Made by a program: the position numbers and the translations under genes
Assembly: GCA_965204375.1 (NCBI GenBank)
Contig: OZ241986.1
Span: forward strand, 5,312,001 to 5,376,000
Direction of reading: 5' to 3'
Source: Candidatus Latescibacterota bacterium
Lineage (GTDB): Bacteria > Latescibacterota > UBA2968
DNA: 64,000 bases
Notes under the pieces: model-generated
What the model was told of the DNA's origin: nothing
Seen by the model: only the letters and a program-made list of their open reading frames with translations
Databases searched by the model: none
Shown: positions 39,626 to 48,827 of the stretch, in pieces
Numbering within the stretch: position 1 is the first letter of the stretch
Layout: every line of letters starts with the position of its first letter

Positions 39626-40294
39626 ATGAAACAATTTTTTGCGCTGTATGTGAAGGAGATCAAAGCGAATAGAACCCTTTTTCTCTTTTTGCTCCTTTTG
39701 ATTGCGGGGATAAATGTCTATGGGTTTATGGACAATGACTTAGATTTTCCTTTGTCAATTCTGGCTGCTTTTATCCTCGTTCTCAGTCTGCCCTTTTTGC
39801 TGGCACACGCCTTCAATACCGAGTGGAAATCAGAAACGCATTATCAGATGTTTGCACTGCCGATTCCACAATACACAATGATTCTGGCAAAGATCGCTGC
39901 GGTTGCGAGTAAGGGCATTGTAGGTGGCATAATTGTAATAAATTGTCTGTACTTATGGCTGATGGGTGCTGCGGCCGATGATATAAGACTTTCATTTTTC
40001 GGAAGGGAGGTGACGGGGGTACCAGCGTTTTCTGATTTTGCTTTTTGGACTGGTATGACACTTGTGACATATATGGTTTTCATTCTCGGCGTTGTGGCCG
40101 GAATGGAGGGGGTAAAGTTTTCGGTTAAGCGGTATCGGGGATTGACTGCGGTTGCTTTTTTTATTCTTGCCGTGTTTGTGTATGGCCGACTTTTACCACA
40201 AGACGATTGGTCTCCTTTCGTCTATACGTTTCTGATGGGTGTCATCTTTATGATTATTGGGCTTGTTGTGTATGAAAAACGCGCGGAAATATGA
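39626..40294 (+). CDS. ABC-2 type permease
   Basis: KE.K start, multiple TM helices, LP....ILAK. Confidence 0.75.
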   Translation: MKQFFALYVKEIKANRTLFLFLLLLIAGINVYGFMDNDLDFPLSILAAFILVLSLPFLLAHAFNTEWKSETHYQMFALPIPQYTMILAKIAAVASKGIVGGIIVINCLYLWLMGAAADDIRLSFFGREVTGVPAFSDFAFWTGMTLVTYMVFILGVVAGMEGVKFSVKRYRGLTAVAFFILAVFVYGRLLPQDDWSPFVYTFLMGVIFMIIGLVVYEKRAEI

Positions 40295-40335
40295 CGTTCA
40301 GTGTCTGACCTTACAAAAAGTCAGGAGGCATTTGT

Positions 40336-40707
40336 ATGCCACCTTATGAGTTTGATCCGAATGCACCTATTTATCTACAAATTATTGGCGAGATCAAAAA
40401 GCGTTCGGTGCGCGGGGTTTATTCGCCGGGTTCAAAGTTGCCTTCGGTGCGGGATATGGCGAGGAAAATGGGCGTGAATCCCAATACGATGGCGCGGGCT
40501 TATGCAGAACTCGAGCGGGAGGGATTTGTTTTTACGCGGCGCGGGCAGGGTTCGTTTGTTACGGGGGATGGGAAGAAGATTGAGGCTGAAAAGCGGAAGT
40601 TGGCACAGAGTGCTGTTGCGCGGTTTGTTGCAGAGGTTGGAGAATTAGATCTTTCCAGCGAGCAAGTTGCCAATTTGTTGCGCGATATAGAGGAGGATTT
40701 GACATGA
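40336..40707 (+). CDS. GntR family regulator, YtrA subfamily
   Basis: PIYLQI, LPSVRDMA, VNPNT.ARAY, RG.GSFV; short C-terminus. Confidence 0.9.
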   Translation: MPPYEFDPNAPIYLQIIGEIKKRSVRGVYSPGSKLPSVRDMARKMGVNPNTMARAYAELEREGFVFTRRGQGSFVTGDGKKIEAEKRKLAQSAVARFVAEVGELDLSSEQVANLLRDIEEDLT

Positions 40708-41396
40708 TGATCGATGTTCGAGATGTGTGGAAGCGATATCCAGGTGCGTGGGCACTGCGCGGTGTTTCTTTTCAGGTTGAGCGCGGGCGCGTGCAAGGTG
40801 TGTTGGGCGAAAATGGCAGTGGAAAGAGTACGTTGTTCCGCATTCTGGCTGGTTTGACCCGTCCGTCGCGGGGATCCGCCGAGGTGATGGGGCAAGCGGT
40901 GAGTGTGAAGACCCGACAGCATGTGGCTTATTTGACGGAGGTCAATCCGTTTTACGATTGGATGAAGGTGACGGAGCAGGTCGAGTTTTTGGCGCGTTTT
41001 TATCCGATGTGGGATATGGATAAGTCGCGCGAGTTGCTGAGTTTTATGGGGCTGGATGGCGATAAAAAGGTGGGCGCGCTTTCGCGGGGTCAACAGGGAC
41101 GGCTCAAGGTGGTGTGCGCGTTTTCCTGGCCCAGTGATCTGGTTTTGATGGATGAGCCGCTATCCGGTATTGATCCCCCGTCGCGCAAACGTATTGTCGA
41201 AGCCCTGTTTAGTGAGTTTCGTTTTGGAGAGCAGACGATTTTGATTTCGACGCATCTGGTCCATGAAGTGGGCGAGTTTATCGAGGATGTGATGTTTATG
41301 AAAGAGGGCGAGATCGCGCTTTCCGGCAATGCAGATGCTCTGCGTGAGGAACGCGGGGAGTCGCTTTCGGAGATGTTTGAGATGGTGGCGATGTGA
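40704..41396 (+). CDS. ABC transporter ATP-binding protein
   Basis: GENGSGKST, LSRGQ, LMDEP, H-loop. Confidence 0.92.
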   Translation: MMIDVRDVWKRYPGAWALRGVSFQVERGRVQGVLGENGSGKSTLFRILAGLTRPSRGSAEVMGQAVSVKTRQHVAYLTEVNPFYDWMKVTEQVEFLARFYPMWDMDKSRELLSFMGLDGDKKVGALSRGQQGRLKVVCAFSWPSDLVLMDEPLSGIDPPSRKRIVEALFSEFRFGEQTILISTHLVHEVGEFIEDVMFMKEGEIALSGNADALREERGESLSEMFEMVAM

Positions 41397-41417
41397 GATG
41401 GCCGGTGCCGTAATGTT

Positions 41418-41502
41418 GTAGGGGACGGCCCCTGTGCCGTCCCGTCATCGCGGCATGTTCCCTGCTTAAATCATGCAGGGACATGCTTTAGCCGCGATCC
41501 AG
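41418..41502 (+). repeat. Composite REP (GTAG palindrome plus GTCATCGCGG...CCGCGATCCAG)
   Basis: Same architecture as 36096-36207. Confidence 0.8.
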
Positions 41503-41529
41503 CCTACCGAGATTTGAAAGGAGTATGAC

Positions 41530-42321
41530 ATGAAACCATTTTTAGCATTGTATATGAAAGAACTCAAAGCGAATAAAACCCTTTTTCTATTTTTGCTGCT
41601 TTTGATTGCCGGGATAAATGCTTATGGGGTTATGCAGATGGCAAATGTTTCGCAAGAACAGCTTGTTGCACAAGAACGGATGATCCTCAAATTTTTGCTA
41701 TTTGTTATGTTGCCTATCAATCTGGCAAAATCTATCCTCGTTCTGAGTCTGCCCTTTTTGCTGGCGCACACCTTCAATTCTGAGTGGCGATCCGAGACGC
41801 ATTATCAGATGTTTGCATTGCCGGTGTCACAATATACGGTGATTTTAGCAAAGGTCGCTGCGGTTGCAAGTGTTGGCTTTGTAGGTGGTGGGATTGTTAT
41901 TGGCTGTGTGTATTTATCGATGGCAAAAGTCGCTGACTGGCTGGTAGATGTAGGGTCTGTATTCAGGGGAGAGGTTATGCCATTTTTTGATTTTGTTCAT
42001 ATAGCAAGTTTGATGCTTGTGACTTATATGATTTTTATTTTTGGTATTGTGATGGGGGTGGAGGGAGTGAAGTTTTCAGTTAAGCGGTATCGGAGATTGG
42101 CTGCGGTTGCTTCTTTTGTTGTATTTTTATTTTATAGCTTCTTCACGCTTCAAGGTCTGAGTGTTTTTGCAAGTTTCCTGGTGCCGATGCTTCCTGTTTC
42201 TCATAATATAGGTTTCATTTCTATGGAAACGAATGTAATGCCTTATTTTTCTATCATTCTTACGGGTATCATCTTCATGATCATTGGGCTTGTGATGTAT
42301 GAAAAACGCGCGGAAATATGA
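41530..42321 (+). CDS. ABC-2 type permease, paralogue of 39626-40294
   Basis: Shared RBS/start context AAAGGAGTATGACATGAAAC and identical YEKRAEI end. Confidence 0.8.
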   Translation: MKPFLALYMKELKANKTLFLFLLLLIAGINAYGVMQMANVSQEQLVAQERMILKFLLFVMLPINLAKSILVLSLPFLLAHTFNSEWRSETHYQMFALPVSQYTVILAKVAAVASVGFVGGGIVIGCVYLSMAKVADWLVDVGSVFRGEVMPFFDFVHIASLMLVTYMIFIFGIVMGVEGVKFSVKRYRRLAAVASFVVFLFYSFFTLQGLSVFASFLVPMLPVSHNIGFISMETNVMPYFSIILTGIIFMIIGLVMYEKRAEI

Positions 42322-42324
42322 ATT

Positions 42325-42582
42325 TCATTCTCCAATCACCTGTATTCGCTTGACTTGACTTAATCTCGCTCCAAAAGCGAGTGCTGCCAGAATATCCTCT
42401 TTTTTCAGATCTTCATAATCGTCCAGAATATCGTCAATGGACATATCCCCACTTAAGAGTGTCAAAATCATCTCAACTGGATACCGCAATCCCCGTATGC
42501 ATGGTTTGCCATGACAAATTTCAGGATTTATGGTAATGCGTTTCAGCAATTTTTCTGTAGAATGATCCGATTGCAGAGCCAT
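42325..42582 (-). CDS. DUF433 family protein (antitoxin-like)
   Basis: RITINPEICHGKPCIRGLR, ILDDY.DL..EDI.AAL; start uncertain (42582 or 42600). Confidence 0.85.
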   Translation of the reverse strand: MALQSDHSTEKLLKRITINPEICHGKPCIRGLRYPVEMILTLLSGDMSIDDILDDYEDLKKEDILAALAFGARLSQVKRIQVIGE

Positions 42583-42622
42583 ATACCTATTCTTCCCCAA
42601 AATCCGTCATGATCGGTTTGTG

Positions 42623-43243
42623 CTACTCAGAGAGACGTCGGTTGAGGTCAACTGGAACCGCATAGCGCGGAGCGGCGATGGGTTCGCCTGGGGCAGGTCG
42701 TTCCAGAAAGGTTACGCTGTCGTAGAAATCATCCAATGCGATAAATCTGCCGTTCTCTTCCGCCCATTCCCGCATCCGGCGATTGCAGCTATGCCGCCAC
42801 GACAAAACTTCAATACGCCAACCTCGGCGTCGCATGCGCTCCAGGTCAGCGTGAAAGCCGACGCCATCATCAAAGCCGGCTCCGTCTCCAGTGAGCATGA
42901 CCACAATACCTGGATTGCCGTTGTAATCGAACCCATCGCGCAGCATCTCGGTTTGCAGTACCTGGTCCACGCCCTGTTCCCGTCCCTGTATTGCACCGCG
43001 TTCCAATAGCTTGATGGTAACGCCTTCGTTCTCTAAACGATTCCAGACGTGCCGTAGTTCTGGTGGGATAGAGCCAACGGCGACAGCATGCTCAATTTTT
43101 CGTCCGGCACGCGCCAGTTCCAGCAAATTCCGAAAGTGAATACGCACGCGAGAACGCACAGCTTCGCCTTCTCTGTCAATGGCAACTTGTTGAGCACTGA
43201 TGAAAATGTTGGAATCGTCCCAATAAATAAAAACTTTGCCCAT
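42623..43243 (-). CDS. NYN domain (PIN-fold) putative RNase
   Basis: IYWDDSN, EQGVD, LTGDG; GGAG RBS before ATG 43243. Confidence 0.8.
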   Translation of the reverse strand: MGKVFIYWDDSNIFISAQQVAIDREGEAVRSRVRIHFRNLLELARAGRKIEHAVAVGSIPPELRHVWNRLENEGVTIKLLERGAIQGREQGVDQVLQTEMLRDGFDYNGNPGIVVMLTGDGAGFDDGVGFHADLERMRRRGWRIEVLSWRHSCNRRMREWAEENGRFIALDDFYDSVTFLERPAPGEPIAAPRYAVPVDLNRRLSE

Positions 43244-43363
43244 TTTGTCTCTCCGGTTTTGCTCGTCCCGGTTACACTCAATTTTCTTTTTTTGACCCAC
43301 GTCTAAAAATAGCCTATTTGCCATGACCAGTCAACAGGAAGGCTGGAGGTTGGACGACTGGTG

Positions 43364-43472
43364 TTGCTGGCACACGCCTTCAATTTCGAGTGGCGATCTG
43401 AAACGCATTATCTTATGTTTGCGCTGCCAGAATGTCCTCTTTTTTCAGATCTTCATAATCGTCCAGAATATC
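43364..43472. pseudogene. Mosaic remnant: permease fragment + DUF433 fragment
   Basis: 43364-43428 matches both permeases (LAHAFN.EW.SETHY.MFALP); 43423-43472 matches 42383-42432 with one mismatch. Confidence 0.88.
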
Positions 43473-43487
43473 CTCAGAGAAAACGCA

Positions 43488-44570
43488 TTGACACCATCTA
43501 ACACCGCCACATTTGCAGATACGACCTATCAGCGCCGCTATGATGTCGATTGGCTGAGGGTGCTGGCCATGGTTTTGCTCATTATCTATCACATTGTCGT
43601 CAGTTTTCAACCCTGGGCTACAAAAATATTCTTCATCCAGAACGAGCAGTCCATAGAGGGACTATGGATTATCATGGCCATGATAAACGTGTGGCGTATT
43701 CCAATTCTTTTTTTAATCTCTGGCATGGGCGTTCGCTTTGCTATGGAACGCCGCGACTGGAAACAGCTTCTTAAAGACCGCACGGTTCGGATACTTATAC
43801 CATTCTTATTCGGTTTCTTTTTTATTTGCCCGATCAGTGTCTATTTCTCACTGAGATTCTATAATCAAGAAGGCGCGTACATTCCCAATCCCGGGCATCT
43901 CTGGTTTCTCGCCAATATTTTCTTATATGTTCTGTTACTCCTGCCGCTCTGGATTTACCTGAGAAACAACCCAGACAATTACATTTTGCGTGCGTTTTCA
44001 AAAATATTTCGCCGACCACCGGGACTTTATCTTGTCGCTCTACCCGTAATGGTTGAAGTATTGCTTGTGAACCCGACGCATTTTCCCGCCTATGCCCAGA
44101 CACCACATGGCTTCTATCTTGGCATGATCTGTTTTATCATGGGGTTCGTCTTTATTTCTATTGGGGATAATTTCTGGCGGGCTGTGGAACGCATCCGTAG
44201 AATTGCCCTGACAGTGGCATTTCTACTTTATCTGGTGCGGTTAATGGTTTTTCATCTGAATGGAGAACCCAGTTTGCTAACGGCTTTTGAATCTGTGAAC
44301 TGGATGTTAGCCATACTTGGGTATGGGTCATTATACCTCAATAGGCCCTCTGATAGCTTGACCTACTTCAGCAAAGCTGTATATCCCGTGTACATTATTC
44401 ACATGCCCGTGCAGTACTGTATTTCATTCTATCTCTTGCCTCTTGCTTTGCCAGTGTTCCTGAAACTGATTTTGCTGCTTTTGGGAACCTTCGGTGTCAG
44501 TCTGTTAATTTATGAATATTTCATCCGGCGATTAAGATGGATCCAACCCATGTTTGGTGTAAAAATATGA
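43488..44570 (+). CDS. Acyltransferase 3 family membrane protein (MdoC/OpgC-like)
   Basis: RRYDVDWLR, LFLISG, HLWFL, VYIIH; start uncertain (TTG 43488). Confidence 0.82.
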   Translation: MTPSNTATFADTTYQRRYDVDWLRVLAMVLLIIYHIVVSFQPWATKIFFIQNEQSIEGLWIIMAMINVWRIPILFLISGMGVRFAMERRDWKQLLKDRTVRILIPFLFGFFFICPISVYFSLRFYNQEGAYIPNPGHLWFLANIFLYVLLLLPLWIYLRNNPDNYILRAFSKIFRRPPGLYLVALPVMVEVLLVNPTHFPAYAQTPHGFYLGMICFIMGFVFISIGDNFWRAVERIRRIALTVAFLLYLVRLMVFHLNGEPSLLTAFESVNWMLAILGYGSLYLNRPSDSLTYFSKAVYPVYIIHMPVQYCISFYLLPLALPVFLKLILLLLGTFGVSLLIYEYFIRRLRWIQPMFGVKI

Positions 44571-46969
44571 CAATGCGATGGGTGTGGTTATTTGCCGTTC
44601 TTTTATTTTCTGCACAGGTGCAGGCAAAGGTGATTCAGGGCACTGTGACCGATGCGTCAACAGGTGAGCCGCTTCCCGCTGCAACGGTGCATGTTCTGGG
44701 GGCTTATGATGGGACGATTTCAAATACCGAGGGCAAGTATGTGCTGTCTTTGCGTTCTGTTCCCGCGGTGGTGGAGGTGCGTTATATCGGCTACCGGTCA
44801 CAGCGGTACAATGTGACGGAGGACGCAGCCGATGTGCGTGATTTTGCCCTGGCGCCTGTGCCGATTGAGTTGGAGACGCTCGTGGTGACGGCTGAGGATA
44901 TGGGGCCCAGTATTATGCGTAAGGTCATCGCGCAGAAGCAAACGTGGTGGGATAGTCTGGAGACGTTTCGCGTTGAAGCTTATTCGCGCTTTGTCTATTA
45001 CAGGGGAAAGGGGGATAATGACTCATCGGAGATTGTCGCGATTATTGAGAGCTTGTCCGATGGTTTTTGGGATAGGGAAAAAGGGTGGCGGGAGGTTATT
45101 AAGGACAAACGCGAGACAGAGAATTTGGATTTTGAGATTGCACTGCCTGCGGCTGCAGGTGTGAATTTGTACGATGATGAGACTGAACTCGCTGGGCATC
45201 TTATGATCGGTGTTACGCATCCCGATGCATTGGATCATTATGATTTTGTGCTCACAGGCCGTCGCAAGATGGATGAGCACATTATTTACGATATTGACGT
45301 GAAACCCAAACACAGTCTCAAGACGGCTTTTAATGGTCGCGTGGCTGTGCTCGATAGTGTGTACGCGCTCGTGGAGGTGGAATTGACGCCAAATCGAGCG
45401 TTTTTGTTTCCGCCGCCTGTTCGCGAATTTACCATTACTATGCGCCAGCAGTTTAGCAATTTCGGTGGTGATTACTATTTGCCGGTGGGCTATCAGTCGG
45501 ATGTGAATGTTGAGATTGGGATGATTGGTTTGCAATTCCCGCCTATTAAGGGTCAGCGCGTTTCTCGGTTGACGGGGTATGAGGTGAATGTCGCGTTGCC
45601 CGATTCGCTTTATGAGCAGGATCGCATTGTGGTGGTGGATTCCGCGCGTGTCGAGCAGGATAGTTTGTTGGTTCAAACAGCACTCGCCGTGCCGTTGGAT
45701 GATATCGAGCAAGAGGCTTATGCGCGCATTGACAGTACGATGACGCTGGATAAAGCTTATGAGCCAAAGGGGTTTTTGGCGCGTTTTGTGAAGGAGGATG
45801 AGGAAAAGAAGAAAAGCGAAAAAAATAGTAAGGATGGTGAGAAGAAACGCAAGTTGCCGTTTCGAGTTGATCCCGATATATGGTTCAATCGCGTGGATGG
45901 TGGGCATTTAGGTTCAAAAATTTCTGCGGGGTCGAGTCGAAGCCGAGCGGCTTTTGCTGGTGGGAGCGCGTATAATTTTGGTTTGAAACGATGGTCTTTG
46001 AATGGCAAGGCAACGGTGCGCTGGGGAGCGAGTAATAAGGGTTTTGTTTCGTTTGAGGGTTTTCGCGGGACAGATACGCGCCATCGGTCGAGACTGTATA
46101 GCCGATACGAGGTCAGTTTGCGGCAGATTAGAGGTTTAGAAGATTATTTTGATTTTTTCTGGCGCGAGGGTGTAAGGGGCACTGCGGGCTATCGGTTTGG
46201 TCGTCCGCGAAGGGCGGGTGTGCGGTTGAGCGGTGGGGTAAATGTCGCACAACACAGTTCGGTGGAGAAGACGACGGATTGGCATTTGAGTGGGGATGTT
46301 GATGTGCAACGGCCCAATCCGGAGATTGATCCGGGCAATTTGCGTTCTGTGTTTTTGCGTGCGGATATCGAGGGTAAAAATTCGGGACCCGCACTCATTT
46401 TTGGGAAACGAAAAATCGCATTGGAGGTTGAACACAGCCGGTCGGGATTTGGTAGTGATTTTGATTTTACACAGGTTCGGATGCTGTTGGATTGGCGGAT
46501 CGAGACGATGTTTAAGCGGCGTTTGTTGCCCAATGTGCTCGATGTGCGCGTTGTCGGCAGTGCGTTTACGGGGACACTGCCCAGGCAGCGTTTTGAGATT
46601 TTGGATTTAGGGGTGCTATTGAGCAGGGTTTCGATATTCGGGGGATTTCGAACGCGAGTGGAGCGCCCTTATGAAGGCGAGAAGGTGTTGGGGATGTTCT
46701 GGGAACACAATTTTCGCACGGTTCCATTTGAGCTGATGGGCTGGCGGTGGGCTGCGGAGCGCAATATTGGTTTGATTGTTCACGGCGGGCACGGGCGCAC
46801 ATGGTTTGGAGATCGGGCGTTATTGGATTACGCGCCGCAATATACAGACGGTTTTCACCACGAAATAGGTGTGTCGATTAATGGGCTGTTTAATTTATTC
46901 CGATTGGATTTTTCAAAGCGGTTGGATGCACCGGGATTTTTTGTGAGTGTTGGGTTTGTGCGGTTTTGA
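44567..46969 (+). CDS. Outer-membrane protein, carboxypeptidase-regulatory-like domain + DUF5686-like barrel
   Basis: Signal peptide, GTVTDA.TGEPLP.A, YIGY, terminal Phe. Confidence 0.7.
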   Translation: MTMRWVWLFAVLLFSAQVQAKVIQGTVTDASTGEPLPAATVHVLGAYDGTISNTEGKYVLSLRSVPAVVEVRYIGYRSQRYNVTEDAADVRDFALAPVPIELETLVVTAEDMGPSIMRKVIAQKQTWWDSLETFRVEAYSRFVYYRGKGDNDSSEIVAIIESLSDGFWDREKGWREVIKDKRETENLDFEIALPAAAGVNLYDDETELAGHLMIGVTHPDALDHYDFVLTGRRKMDEHIIYDIDVKPKHSLKTAFNGRVAVLDSVYALVEVELTPNRAFLFPPPVREFTITMRQQFSNFGGDYYLPVGYQSDVNVEIGMIGLQFPPIKGQRVSRLTGYEVNVALPDSLYEQDRIVVVDSARVEQDSLLVQTALAVPLDDIEQEAYARIDSTMTLDKAYEPKGFLARFVKEDEEKKKSEKNSKDGEKKRKLPFRVDPDIWFNRVDGGHLGSKISAGSSRSRAAFAGGSAYNFGLKRWSLNGKATVRWGASNKGFVSFEGFRGTDTRHRSRLYSRYEVSLRQIRGLEDYFDFFWREGVRGTAGYRFGRPRRAGVRLSGGVNVAQHSSVEKTTDWHLSGDVDVQRPNPEIDPGNLRSVFLRADIEGKNSGPALIFGKRKIALEVEHSRSGFGSDFDFTQVRMLLDWRIETMFKRRLLPNVLDVRVVGSAFTGTLPRQRFEILDLGVLLSRVSIFGGFRTRVERPYEGEKVLGMFWEHNFRTVPFELMGWRWAAERNIGLIVHGGHGRTWFGDRALLDYAPQYTDGFHHEIGVSINGLFNLFRLDFSKRLDAPGFFVSVGFVRF

Positions 46970-46996
46970 GGGTGTGGTGGATAACACATCATCTTC

Positions 46997-47030
46997 GCCC
47001 CTTGTCAGATACATTGACAAGGGGCTTTTT
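46997..47030 (+). terminator. Terminator hairpin overlapping a TTGACA box
   Basis: GCCCCTTGTCA-7 nt-TGACAAGGGGC-TTTTT. Confidence 0.7.
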
Positions 47031-47087
47031 GGTTTATAATATTGTCGCGGTTTTTTGTGGGATTACACTTTAATGTAAAGGAGTTTC

Positions 47088-48428
47088 ATGGCCAGTAATA
47101 TTATTCTCATTTTTGGCGATCAGTGGCGCGCACAGGCATTTGGTTATGCCGGCAATTCCTGTGTGCAGACGCCGAATATCGATCGTCTCGCGTCTCAAAG
47201 TATCAATGCGATACACGCGGTTTCAGGTTGTTCGGTTTGTTGCCCGGCGCGGGCGTCTTTGCTGACGGGGCAATATCCGCTGACGCATGGCGTTTTTGTC
47301 AATGATGTCCATTTGAGCGATAGGGCTGTTAGTCTGGCTCAGGCTTTTAAGAATGCGGGATACGATACCGCTTATGTGGGCAAATGGCATGTGAATGCAA
47401 ATGGGCGATCCAATTATATTCCTTCCGAAAATCGGCAGGGGTTTGATTATTGGAAGGTGCTGGAGTGTACGCACAATTACAATAATTCTTTTTATTATGC
47501 GAATGATTCCGATGAGAAACTCACATGGGAGGGGTACGACGCGATTGCGCAGACGCGCGATGTGCAGGATTACATTGAGAATCACGACTCGGAGAATCCC
47601 TTTTTGCTCGTGCTGTCGTGGGGTCCACCACACGCGCCTTATGAGACTGCACCTGAGAAATACCGCGCAATGTATCGCCCCGAGGATGTGCCGCTGCGCG
47701 AGAATGTGCCGCCAGAATCGGAAGCAAATGCCCGAGAATGGATTGCGGGCTATTACGCTCATTGCACGGCGCTGGACGATTGTATGGGCGATTTGCTCCA
47801 GACGCTGGACGATAAGGGTATAGCTGACGATACGCTTTTGCTCTTTTTTTCAGATCACGGCGATATGCTGGGCTCACAGGGGAGTGCAAAGAAGCAACAG
47901 CCCTGGGAGGAGTCTATTCGCATTCCGTTTTTGTTGCGATGGCCAGCGCGGTTTGGGATGGAGGGGCGGGAGATTTCTGATCCTATCGATATTCCCGATA
48001 TTATGCCCACGCTTTTGGGGCTTTGTGGGATTGATGTTCCCGATACGGTTGAGGGGTTGGATTTTTCGGATTATCTTATGGGAGGTGAGAATCCATCTGA
48101 CGGTGCCGCGCTTTTACAATGTCCGCAGCCTTTTGGGCAGTGGACGCGCGATAGGGGCGCGCGCGAATATCGCGGCTTGCGGACGGGGAAATACACGTAT
48201 GTTCGCTCGCTCGATGGGCCGTGGTTGCTCTATGATAACGATGCCGATCCCTTTCAGTTGAACAATCTTATTAATGATCCTGAATACGCGGATTTGCGCC
48301 GCGAGTTGGATGCCTGGCTCCAGCGCCGCCTCGATGCACAAGGCGATGAATTTCTTCCCGGTGCAGATTATATTCGGCAGTGGGGATATACGGTGAATGA
48401 GAGCGGTACTGTGCCTTATACGAATTAA
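47088..48428 (+). CDS. Cys-type sulfatase
   Basis: CCPAR motif, GKWHV, SDHGD. Confidence 0.9.
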   Translation: MASNIILIFGDQWRAQAFGYAGNSCVQTPNIDRLASQSINAIHAVSGCSVCCPARASLLTGQYPLTHGVFVNDVHLSDRAVSLAQAFKNAGYDTAYVGKWHVNANGRSNYIPSENRQGFDYWKVLECTHNYNNSFYYANDSDEKLTWEGYDAIAQTRDVQDYIENHDSENPFLLVLSWGPPHAPYETAPEKYRAMYRPEDVPLRENVPPESEANAREWIAGYYAHCTALDDCMGDLLQTLDDKGIADDTLLLFFSDHGDMLGSQGSAKKQQPWEESIRIPFLLRWPARFGMEGREISDPIDIPDIMPTLLGLCGIDVPDTVEGLDFSDYLMGGENPSDGAALLQCPQPFGQWTRDRGAREYRGLRTGKYTYVRSLDGPWLLYDNDADPFQLNNLINDPEYADLRRELDAWLQRRLDAQGDEFLPGADYIRQWGYTVNESGTVPYTN

Positions 48429-48443
48429 ATTTTGGAGTAAAAC

Positions 48444-48827
48444 ATGAATCGCGGTAAAAATGTTTTGGGCGAGGAACTCGAGGATTGTTGTACCGATCCT
48501 ATGACGGGTTTTTTTAGAGATGGATGTTGTCGCACGGGTCCGGGCGATCTGGGGTTGCATATTCTCTGCGCGGAGATGACGGAAGAGTTTTTGGCTTTTT
48601 CCCAGTCTGCGGGCAATGACCTGAGTACGCCTGTGCCCGAATTGCGCTTTCCCGGTCTCGTGCCGGGCGACCGATGGTGTTTGTGTGTCCAGCGCTGGGT
48701 TGAAGCGCTCAATGCGGGTTTTGCACCGCCCGTTTATCTTTCGGGGACGCATATTTCTACGCTTGAGTTTGTCGATTTGGATACGCTGAAGGAATATGCA
48801 CTGGATAATGGAGACCCTTTGACATGA
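48444..48827 (+). CDS. DUF2237 family protein
   Basis: NVLG, P.TGFFRDG.C, GNDLSTP, GDRWCLC. Confidence 0.85.
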   Translation: MNRGKNVLGEELEDCCTDPMTGFFRDGCCRTGPGDLGLHILCAEMTEEFLAFSQSAGNDLSTPVPELRFPGLVPGDRWCLCVQRWVEALNAGFAPPVYLSGTHISTLEFVDLDTLKEYALDNGDPLT

